The notes below the pieces were generated by a model. The model did no database searches, had not been told where the DNA came from, and saw only the letters and a list, made by a program, of their open reading frames with translations. From a virus, in UHGV virus genome UHGV-1410056: a stretch of 40,444 nt of DNA. One strand, 5' to 3'. The position numbers and the translations under genes are program-made. Below, piece by piece: positions 33,783-40,444 of this stretch (the stretch's first letter is position 1; each line of letters starts with the position of its first letter).

Positions 33783-33869
33783 ACGCGGAGAAATATCAAA
33801 ATCAACCGTATTTGGTTGGTGGCGTTTAACGCTTGATCACCTGAAAGCAAGATATTACCTTTAAGGTAA
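33762..33869. promoter_or_regulatory. Two perfect TTACC-N5-GGTAA operators (33762-33776, 33855-33869) in the divergent control region between the antirepressor side and the zinc-ribbon gene
   Basis: Second operator sits 20 bp upstream of ATG 33890. Confidence 0.5.
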
Positions 33870-33889
33870 TGTTATTGTGAGGAAAAGCA

Positions 33890-34618
33890 ATGGAAGTTTT
33901 CTGGATAGTTGTTGGTGTGGTTGCGGTGATTATTTACGTTATCAACCAGAACAAGACTAAGATCTCTGATCGTACGGTCGTTAATCATAACAAAACGATA
34001 AAGACCGAAGATGGGGAGATAACGATTAATCGTACACAGGTGATAGAACACACCTCTACTCAGTTTCAAAAAACTGGAGGTAATGCGCCTAATATTTCCG
34101 AACCTCCTGCTTATGATAGTGCGGTAATCCAGACATATTGTAAACAGCAGGAGTTAGCAAAAGAGAGGCAACTGATTCAGCCAAAGCCGTTTACAGCTGA
34201 GCTTCCACCTGGAGTATCAATGCGTCCGGCATATCATGGAAGATTCCCTGGTGATGACATATCGTCTCAGTCATCTAAAAAAGCACCTCAGGCAGTATCA
34301 GAGCCAGCAAGAATACCTTCTGTATCGCCGCCAAAAGAAGAATCAGCTAACAGAGTTTCAAGTGGCCGCAAGCAGTGTTTGCGATGCAGAATAAACCTTC
34401 CATATGACAAATTCCGGAAATCGTCAAAAAATCCAGATGGATTGACTAAGTGGTGTGCAAGGTGTCTCGATGGCCCAAAGAATACACGCCATATGAAGTG
34501 GTGCCCAATTTGTAATGTCCGCAGAAAACGGACCAGCTTTTACCCTAATAATCAAAATGCGGACGGCTTAATGGCATGGTGCAAAACGTGCTGGGACGAG
34601 CACAAAGCGAAACGATAG
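33890..34618 (+). CDS. Membrane-anchored protein with C-terminal tandem CxxC zinc-ribbon-like repeats; unknown function
   Basis: 242 aa; N-terminal TM helix (EVFWIVVGVVAVIIYVI); C-terminal repeats CLRCRINLPYDKFRKSSKNPDGLTKWCARC and CPICNVRRKRTSFYPNNQNADGLMAWCKTC. Confidence 0.55.
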   Translation: MEVFWIVVGVVAVIIYVINQNKTKISDRTVVNHNKTIKTEDGEITINRTQVIEHTSTQFQKTGGNAPNISEPPAYDSAVIQTYCKQQELAKERQLIQPKPFTAELPPGVSMRPAYHGRFPGDDISSQSSKKAPQAVSEPARIPSVSPPKEESANRVSSGRKQCLRCRINLPYDKFRKSSKNPDGLTKWCARCLDGPKNTRHMKWCPICNVRRKRTSFYPNNQNADGLMAWCKTCWDEHKAKR

Positions 34619-34640
34619 GCCGCTCTTGCGGCCTTTAAAT

Positions 34641-34898
34641 TTACCGGGTTTGTTTTCGTAATTGTTCGGCACAATAGTCGAGATGTGTTTGCAGATCCTG
34701 CATAGACATCTGTGAGCTGGTGACGTAGTTAATCAGTGCAGTCAGTTCGGCAAGTGGGCCATCGACATTAAATCCATCCTTATCGAGATCCCGGAGTAAT
34801 TTCATCAAGTGCGATCCCTCCACCAGTGACCTGACGCCTCCCGGCGTGTGAATCCTTTCGGTAAATCCGTCTTCCAGTGGATAGTGATACTGCTGCAT
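34641..34898 (-). CDS. Small LexA-controlled protein (85 aa) homologous to the antirepressor C-terminal domain; candidate SOS-induced antirepressor
   Basis: Start ATG 34898 (GGAGAAG SD) within track ORF 34641..34916; about 40% identity by eye to the C-terminus of the Bro-N antirepressor (shared GV..L.E.S.LM.LL..L..DG..V.G...ELT ... D.QTH); LexA box immediately upstream. Confidence 0.6.
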   Translation of the reverse strand: MQQYHYPLEDGFTERIHTPGGVRSLVEGSHLMKLLRDLDKDGFNVDGPLAELTALINYVTSSQMSMQDLQTHLDYCAEQLRKQTR

Positions 34899-34919
34899 CT
34901 TATCTTCTCCATGCAATAA

Positions 34920-34935
34920 CTGTATATTTATACAG
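34920..34935. promoter_or_regulatory. LexA (SOS) box CTGTATATTTATACAG
   Basis: Perfect CTGT-N8-ACAG with AT-rich spacer (extended TAACTGTATATTTATACAGTAT, 34917-34938), 4 bp from the first ATG of the minus-strand gene. Confidence 0.75.
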
Positions 34936-34974
34936 TATCAAATAATTTGTTTGCTATCCAGCACGTTTTGCAAA

Positions 34975-34989
34975 TTACCTGAAAGGTAA
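34975..34989. promoter_or_regulatory. Perfect TTACC-tgaaa-GGTAA operator between the LexA-controlled gene and the tailspike gene
   Basis: Same 15-bp sequence as the site at 15517-15531. Confidence 0.5.
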
Positions 34990-35093
34990 TATCTATTCGT
35001 ATTTACAGCCTTTCTATCCATATGTGGTTTTCCAGGTAATAGAATAACCAGATATGCGGCGCAACGGGTGCTGCGACTATCTGGAGATTTAAC

Positions 35094-38000
35094 ATGACGG
35101 TCTCAACCGAAGTTGACCACAACGAATACACCGGTAACGGCGTTACGACATCGTTTCCGTATACTTTTCGAATTTTCAGAAAATCAGACCTGGTTGTTCA
35201 GGTGTCTGACCTGAACGGAAACGTAACAGAATTGGTTCTGGATACCGGTTATACGGTAACTGGGGCGGGCACTTATAGTGGCGGTTCTGTGGTTCTTCCG
35301 TCTCCGCTTGCTACTGGATGGCGAATTACGATAGATCGTGTGCTTGATGTAGTGCAGGAGACAGACCTTCGCAATCAGGGAAAATTTTTCCCCGAAGTGC
35401 ATGAAGATGCCTTTGACTACCTGACGATGCTGATCCAGCAATGTTTTGGGTGGTTCAGACGTGCATTGATGAAACCATCTTTGCTTGCAAAATATTACGA
35501 TGCAAAGCAAAACAAAATTTCTAACCTTGCAGATCCATCATTTGAGCAGGACGCTGTAAATAATCGCTCAATGCGTAATTATGTCGATGCTGCAATCGCC
35601 GGGGTTGTTGGTGGTTTTGGTTGGTTTATTCAGTATGGTTCTGGGGCTGTGTACCGAACGTTCCAGGATAAAATGCGTGATGCTATTAGCCCCAAAGATT
35701 TTGGAGCTGTTGGTGATGGTATAAATGACGATTCCACTGCAATAAGCGCGTGCCTTGAAGCCTCATCTCCAGGTTATAAAATTGACGGATTAGGGCTTAC
35801 TTTTAAAGTATCAACTCTTCCGGATGTCAGTCGATTTAAAAATGCTCGTTTTTTATTTGAGAGAATACCGGGCCAGCCTCTTTTTTATGCTTCTGAAGAT
35901 TTTATCCAGGGAGAGTTATTTAAAATTACAGATACACCGTGGTACAACGCCTGGACGCAGGATAAAACGTTTGTATATGACAATGTCATCTATGCGCCTT
36001 TTATGGCTGGAGACCGCCATGGTGTAAATAACCTCCATGTTGCATGGGTTCGCTCAGGAGATGACGGGAAGACCTGGACAACGCCGGAATGGCTTACAGA
36101 TTTACATGAAAACTATCCCACAGTTAACTATCACTGCATGAGTATGGGGGTTGTCAGAAATCGCCTTTTTGCTGTAATTGAGACGCGGACCGTGAGCGGA
36201 AATAAACTGCAGGTTGCAGAGTTGTGGGATCGCCCAATGAGTCGCAGCCTTCGCGCTTATGGTGGTATAACGAAAGCAGCAAATCAGCAAGTCGCTTATA
36301 TTCGCATTACTGATCACGGATTATTTGCTGGTGATTTTGTCAACTTCTCAAACTCTGGTGTTACAGGTGTTACCGGGAATATGACGGTGACTACTGTTAT
36401 TGATAAAAATACTTTTACAGTTACGACGCAAAATACCCAGGATGTGGATCAGAATAACGAGGGTAGATACTGGAGTTTTGGTACATCATTTCACTCGTCA
36501 CCATGGAGAAAAACCAGTCTTGGAACTATTCCTTCTTTTGTTGACGGAAGCACTCCTGTTACTGAGATTCACAGTTTTGCGACGATTAGCGATAACAGTT
36601 TTGCTGTTGGCTACCATAATGGTGATATTGGTCCACGCGAGCTTGGGATACTCTATTTCTCTGATGCTTTCGGTTCTCCTGGTAGCTTTGTTCGCAGACG
36701 CATACCTGCAGAATATGAGGCGAATGCATCTGAGCCATGTGTAAAATATTATGATGGCATTCTGTATCTGACGACCAGGGGGACATTAAGTACTCAACCC
36801 GGTAGTTCATTGCACAGAAGCTCTGATTTAGGTACATCATGGAATTCTCTTCGCTTCCCAAATAATGTTCATCACTCAAACCTTCCTTTTGCCAAAGTTG
36901 GCGATGAGCTGATTATTTTTGGCAGTGAGCGCGCATTTGGTGAGTGGGAAGGAGGAGAACCTGATAACCGTTATGCAGGAAATTATCCAAGAACATTTAT
37001 GACCAGAGTTAACGTCAATGAGTGGAGTCTGGATAATGTAGAGTGGGTTAATGTTACTGATCAGATTTATCAGGGCGGAATAGTTAACTCTGCAGTTGGT
37101 GTTGGTTCAGTTTGTATCAAAGACAACTGGCTGTACTACATTTTCGGTGGGGAAGACTTTCTAAACCCATGGAGCATAGGGGATAACAACAGAAAATATC
37201 CTTATGTTCACGATGGTCACCCGGCTGATTTGTATTGTTTCAGGGTGAAAATTAAACAGGAAGAATTTGTTTCAAGGGATTTTGTCTACGGAGCCACTCC
37301 TAACAGAACGCTTCCTACTTTTATGTCGACGTCAGGCGTGAGGACGGTTCCTGTACCCGTTGATTTCGCAGATGATGTTGCCGTCCAGTCACTGACTGTC
37401 CATGCAGGTACATCAGGACAAGTTCGCGCGGAAGTCAAACTTGAGGGTAATTACGCCATTATTGCGAAGAAAGTACCGTCTGATGATGTTACCGCTCAGA
37501 GATTAATCGTTAGCGGCGGTGAAACAACGTCTTCAGCAGATGGTGCAATGATAACGTTGCATGGTTCCGGAAGCAGTACTCCACGTCGCGCGGTATATAA
37601 CGCACTCGAACATCTTTTTGAGAACGGAGATGTTAAACCTTATCTTGATAATGTAAATGCTCTTGGTGGTCCGGGAAACAGGTTCTCGACAGTTTATCTT
37701 GGCTCCAATCCTGTGGTTACCAGTGACGGAACATTAAAGACAGAGCCGGTCTCTCCTGACGAAGCATTGCTGGATGCCTGGGGTGACGTCAGGTATATCG
37801 CTTATAAATGGCTGAACGCTGTCGCTATAAAGGGGGAAGAAGGGGCGAGGATACATCATGGTGTAATCGCGCAGCAACTTCGTGATGTTCTTATTTCTCA
37901 CGGACTCATGGAAGAAGAAAGCACAACATGCCGCTATGCCTTTCTTTGCTATGACGATTATCCCGCAGTATATGATGACGTCATTACTGGCCAAAGGGAA

Positions 38001-38213
38001 ATGCCGCTGACTGATAATGACGGGAGCATCATTGTTGATGAGGATGATAATCCAGTGATGGTAATGGAAGACATCATTGAGCGCGTTGAAATAACGCCAG
38101 CAGGATCTAGATGGGGGGTCAGACCTGATCTCTTATTCTATATCGAGGCAGCATGGCAGCGCAGAGAAATGGATAAGATAAAAGAGCGGATTCAGTCTCT
38201 GGAAGAACGTTAA
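35094..38213 (+). CDS. Tailspike: endo-N-acetylneuraminidase (endosialidase) with C-terminal intramolecular chaperone domain
   Basis: 1039 aa; T7 gp17-like N-terminal head-binding region; two sialidase Asp-boxes (SGDDGKTW, SSDLGTSW); long collinear match to K1F-type endosialidase catalytic region as I recall it; C-terminal about 162 aa resemble the autocleaving chaperone domain with predicted cleavage at Ser877/Asp878 (37722-37727). Confidence 0.8.
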   Translation: MTVSTEVDHNEYTGNGVTTSFPYTFRIFRKSDLVVQVSDLNGNVTELVLDTGYTVTGAGTYSGGSVVLPSPLATGWRITIDRVLDVVQETDLRNQGKFFPEVHEDAFDYLTMLIQQCFGWFRRALMKPSLLAKYYDAKQNKISNLADPSFEQDAVNNRSMRNYVDAAIAGVVGGFGWFIQYGSGAVYRTFQDKMRDAISPKDFGAVGDGINDDSTAISACLEASSPGYKIDGLGLTFKVSTLPDVSRFKNARFLFERIPGQPLFYASEDFIQGELFKITDTPWYNAWTQDKTFVYDNVIYAPFMAGDRHGVNNLHVAWVRSGDDGKTWTTPEWLTDLHENYPTVNYHCMSMGVVRNRLFAVIETRTVSGNKLQVAELWDRPMSRSLRAYGGITKAANQQVAYIRITDHGLFAGDFVNFSNSGVTGVTGNMTVTTVIDKNTFTVTTQNTQDVDQNNEGRYWSFGTSFHSSPWRKTSLGTIPSFVDGSTPVTEIHSFATISDNSFAVGYHNGDIGPRELGILYFSDAFGSPGSFVRRRIPAEYEANASEPCVKYYDGILYLTTRGTLSTQPGSSLHRSSDLGTSWNSLRFPNNVHHSNLPFAKVGDELIIFGSERAFGEWEGGEPDNRYAGNYPRTFMTRVNVNEWSLDNVEWVNVTDQIYQGGIVNSAVGVGSVCIKDNWLYYIFGGEDFLNPWSIGDNNRKYPYVHDGHPADLYCFRVKIKQEEFVSRDFVYGATPNRTLPTFMSTSGVRTVPVPVDFADDVAVQSLTVHAGTSGQVRAEVKLEGNYAIIAKKVPSDDVTAQRLIVSGGETTSSADGAMITLHGSGSSTPRRAVYNALEHLFENGDVKPYLDNVNALGGPGNRFSTVYLGSNPVVTSDGTLKTEPVSPDEALLDAWGDVRYIAYKWLNAVAIKGEEGARIHHGVIAQQLRDVLISHGLMEEESTTCRYAFLCYDDYPAVYDDVITGQREMPLTDNDGSIIVDEDDNPVMVMEDIIERVEITPAGSRWGVRPDLLFYIEAAWQRREMDKIKERIQSLEER

Positions 38214-38219
38214 AAAAAA

Positions 38220-38239
38220 GCCCGCAATATTTTGCGGGT
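38220..38239. terminator. Hairpin immediately after the tailspike stop; terminator-competent mainly for the minus direction
   Basis: Stem CCCGCAA / TTGCGGG with loop TATT; A8 precedes it on plus (T8 after it on minus); plus-side downstream is TATCAAAAA (poor U-tract). Confidence 0.45.
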
Positions 38240-38519
38240 ATCAAAAACGGAGTTTGTGAAAAGTTATCTTTGAATTCTATCATGAATCAGTACGTATTTT
38301 AAATACATGTTCAGGTTTATTACACCATAGCATTATTAAATACAAAATTAAGTCTATGGTTCCTGTACAACTGCCCCCACTCTGCTGGCTCGTTCTGTAA
38401 AATCATTAGTACTTTTATTGAGATATATGATATGGAACAATAATGATTCATATATGGTTTACTATGCGGGTTTAGTCATCAATAATTGACTGGCTTATAG
38501 ATAGTAAACAGGAGAAAGT

Positions 38520-38924
38520 ATGTCTGCTCAAGTAACAAGTGAGCAATTAAATCAGTTGCTTAGTTTTAGTTCTCTTGCTGCGGTTATTGCAGGTGCCCCT
38601 CCGGAGGTTGCTTTAGGGGCTTTGGCTGGGGCGGTAATTTTTGTTACCTCTGCAGTAGAGTACCCCATCCGTCGCCGGGTGCTCCTGTCGATGCTCAGCT
38701 TTCTTTGCGGCCTTCTCTTTTACAAACCAGCAGCATCAATTCTTATCGGCATAGCCAGCCTGATCCCTACCATCACGCAGGACTCTTTTGAAAAAGGGAT
38801 TGTTTTCTCTGCAGGCGCATTCGTGTCAGCAATTGTCGCTGTGCGTATTGGTATATGGCTCTATCACCGTTCCGATAATCCACGCGAGTTAATTCCGGGG
38901 AGAAAAGACGATGGTAACGCATGA
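38520..38924 (+). CDS. Putative holin (multi-pass membrane protein)
   Basis: 134 aa; 3-4 hydrophobic segments; first gene of lysis cassette; CAGGAGAAAG SD. Confidence 0.5.
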   Translation: MSAQVTSEQLNQLLSFSSLAAVIAGAPPEVALGALAGAVIFVTSAVEYPIRRRVLLSMLSFLCGLLFYKPAASILIGIASLIPTITQDSFEKGIVFSAGAFVSAIVAVRIGIWLYHRSDNPRELIPGRKDDGNA

Positions 38925-39219
38925 GTTTTTTTTGCTTATCACCAATGCAGTTATTTGCACTGGCATAGCAATTCGCGTTGTCACATTCCGGCGTAACGGC
39001 TCTCAACATCGAAGGTGGGGAGGATGGCTTGCTTATTTCCTGATTGTTGCTGCGGCCAGTATTCCTGTTCGAGTCGCCTATGCAATCTGGTTACGTACGC
39101 CAATGGCTGTGGATTTATCTGAGGTCATTATCAACGCTGTCATGCTGGCTGCGGTTATTAAAACGCGCGGTAACGTCGTTCAAATTTTTAAAGTATCGAG
39201 GTCTAAACATGGAGATTAA
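38911..39219 (+). CDS. Second small membrane protein of the lysis cassette (holin/antiholin-like)
   Basis: 102 aa; 2-3 hydrophobic segments; overlaps neighbours at both ends. Confidence 0.45.
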   Translation: MVTHEFFLLITNAVICTGIAIRVVTFRRNGSQHRRWGGWLAYFLIVAAASIPVRVAYAIWLRTPMAVDLSEVIINAVMLAAVIKTRGNVVQIFKVSRSKHGD

Positions 39220-39838
39220 ACAATTCCAGCGAGCTGCTGGTATCAGCGAGGCACTGGCCGCACGCTGGTTCTCGCATATAACTTCTGCGATGAAAGAGTT
39301 TGGTATCAGCAAAGCAGAAGATCAGGCAATGTTTATTGCTCAAGTCGGGCATGAGTCTGGGGGCTTCACCAGGTTGCAGGAGAATTTCAACTACAGTGTC
39401 AGCGGACTGGCTAACTTCGTTCGGGCTGGGCGTCTCACTCAGGGGCAGGCTAATGCACTGGGGCGCCGTGCTGGTGAACCACCATTGCCACTTGAGCGCC
39501 AGCGCGCGATCGCAAATCTGGTATACAGCAAACGCATGGGGAACAATGCCCCTGGTGATGGCTGGAATTACCGAGGGCGCGGACTTATCCAGATTACCGG
39601 TTTGAATAACTATCGTGATTGCGGAAACGGTCTGAAGGTTGACCTGCTGGAGAGCCCTGAACTGCTGGCGCAGGACGAATATGCGGCTCGTAGCGCGGCG
39701 TGGTTCTTCGCCAGCAAAGGATGCATGAAGTATACCGGCGATATTGCACGTGTAACTCTGATTATCAATGGTGGCCGGAACGGCATCGACGACCGGCGAG
39801 CGCGGTACATCACTGCCAGTAAGGTGCTGGCGGTATGA
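39209..39838 (+). CDS. Endolysin, glycoside hydrolase family 19 (chitinase-like lysozyme)
   Basis: 209 aa from ATG 39209 (GAGG SD); GH19 signature [12 protein letters not shown]; track ORF 39044..39838 has an implausible N-terminal extension. Confidence 0.75.
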   Translation: MEIKQFQRAAGISEALAARWFSHITSAMKEFGISKAEDQAMFIAQVGHESGGFTRLQENFNYSVSGLANFVRAGRLTQGQANALGRRAGEPPLPLERQRAIANLVYSKRMGNNAPGDGWNYRGRGLIQITGLNNYRDCGNGLKVDLLESPELLAQDEYAARSAAWFFASKGCMKYTGDIARVTLIINGGRNGIDDRRARYITASKVLAV

Positions 39839-40317
39839 TCTGGGCATTCGTAAAAGCATACTGGAAACAGTTTCTTATCGTGGCAGTGCTTGCTGTTCTG
39901 GTCATATCAGGAGTGGTTGCCTGGAATATACACGGCAGTCGCCAGTACGATGCCGGGTATGCTCAGGCGGAAGAAGACCGCAAAGCCGAAGAAGACAAAG
40001 TTCGTCAGTACTACGAACAGGAGAAAGTGACCAATGAACGTGAAGCTCAGCAGAGGATCGACCAGGCGCGCAATGATGCTCTTGATGCTGCCGCTAGCGC
40101 TGGCCGGTTGCAGCAACAACTCTTTGCCATCCGTGAGCAGCTCAGGCAGTATAACGCCATTGTCGGCGCTGGGTCGTCAGCCGCAGACACCGGAGTTTTG
40201 CTTGCCGACGTGCTCAGCAAATCTCTCGAGAGAAACAGACAACTGGCAGAGTATGCTGACCGGGCAGCCGAAGCCGGAAGAGTCTGCGAAAAACAGTACG
40301 ACACTTTGACCAGATAG
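39835..40317 (+). CDS. Rz-like i-spanin
   Basis: 160 aa; N-terminal TM segment then coiled-coil-like charged region; ATGA overlap with endolysin stop; contains an embedded +1-frame lipoprotein gene. Confidence 0.6.
   Translation: MIWAFVKAYWKQFLIVAVLAVLVISGVVAWNIHGSRQYDAGYAQAEEDRKAEEDKVRQYYEQEKVTNEREAQQRIDQARNDALDAAASAGRLQQQLFAIREQLRQYNAIVGAGSSAADTGVLLADVLSKSLERNRQLAEYADRAAEAGRVCEKQYDTLTR
40034..40309 (+). CDS. Rz1-like o-spanin (outer-membrane lipoprotein) embedded in the Rz reading frame
   Basis: Signal peptide with lipobox LALAG-C; Pro-containing mature region; entirely within Rz in another frame. Confidence 0.55.
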   Translation: MNVKLSRGSTRRAMMLLMLPLALAGCSNNSLPSVSSSGSITPLSALGRQPQTPEFCLPTCSANLSRETDNWQSMLTGQPKPEESAKNSTTL

Positions 40318-40427
40318 CATGGCATTTTTCATGGTACTGATTTCCGGTGACGGTATATAAAACGGTACGGGAAAAATTGAGATTTGGAAAAATGTTATCA
40401 CTCAATTGGTTATGGTTATCGTAAATA

Positions 40428-40444
40428 ATTGAGTGGGAATGATT
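40428..40444 (+). repeat. attR core direct repeat ATTGAGTGGGAATGATT
   Basis: Exact copy of 1-17; adjacent inverted repeat CACTCAATT (40399-40407) / AATTGAGTG (40427-40435). Confidence 0.7.

Larger units (their letters stand above)
1..40444. mobile_element. Integrated temperate phage (prophage), apparently complete; lambdoid early region plus podovirus-type virion module
   Basis: Identical 17-bp direct repeats at both ends; integrase next to the left repeat; full set of lysogeny, replication, packaging, virion and lysis genes in between. Confidence 0.8.

Noticed and set aside
33539-33850. 103-aa minus-strand ORF in the antirepressor upstream region
   Set aside because: Trp/Arg/Cys-rich with no SD; the region has promoter, hairpin and terminator features of an RNA element instead
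38214-38519. neuO-like phase-variable heptad repeats (AAGACTC)n expected next to a K1 endosialidase gene
   Set aside because: No heptanucleotide repeat tract or acetyltransferase ORF was seen here or elsewhere in the window
39044-39208. N-terminal 55 codons of the track ORF for the endolysin
   Set aside because: Overlaps the second holin-like gene and has junk composition; GH19 domain begins right after ATG 39209, which has a proper SD
1-40444. CRISPR array
   Set aside because: No spaced direct-repeat arrays seen anywhere in the window

Overview
The window appears to be one complete integrated temperate phage of about 40.4 kb from an enterobacterial (E. coli-like) host. It starts and ends with the same 17-bp sequence ATTGAGTGGGAATGATT (1-17 and 40428-40444), which I read as attL/attR. 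All calls are from reading the sequence and the six-frame track by eye; no database search or folding was run, so products are motif-level inferences. Layout, left to right: P4-type integrase; a leftward early operon (MT-A70 adenine methyltransferase, AlpA-like excisionase, RecT, YqaJ exonuclease); a CI-like repressor with no LexA-type peptidase domain, divergent from a Cro-like gene; an O-like initiator with iteron-like repeats and a lambda-P-like helicase loader; a nin-like block; terminase small and large subunits; a reverse-strand moron with a Gp49-like gene and a phage tRNA-Arg(UCU); a podovirus-type structural module (T7 gp8-like portal, scaffold, capsid, gp11/gp12-like tail tube, ejection proteins); an accessory island; an endosialidase (K1 capsule) tailspike; and a lysis cassette (holin, GH19 endolysin, Rz/Rz1). 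The most interesting signals are: (1) a palindrome TTACC-N5-GGTAA present in at least 10 perfect and 4 variant copies, all intergenic, at OL, OR and many other promoters; (2) a perfect LexA box in front of a small gene paralogous to the C-terminal domain of a Bro-N antirepressor, suggesting SOS induction through an antirepressor; (3) an accessory island holding an AT-rich two-gene cassette of unknown function, a candidate small RNA, a membrane-anchored tandem zinc-ribbon protein and a small secreted Cys peptide; (4) a palindrome GTGAYATGTCAC found three times, each next to an intrinsic terminator.
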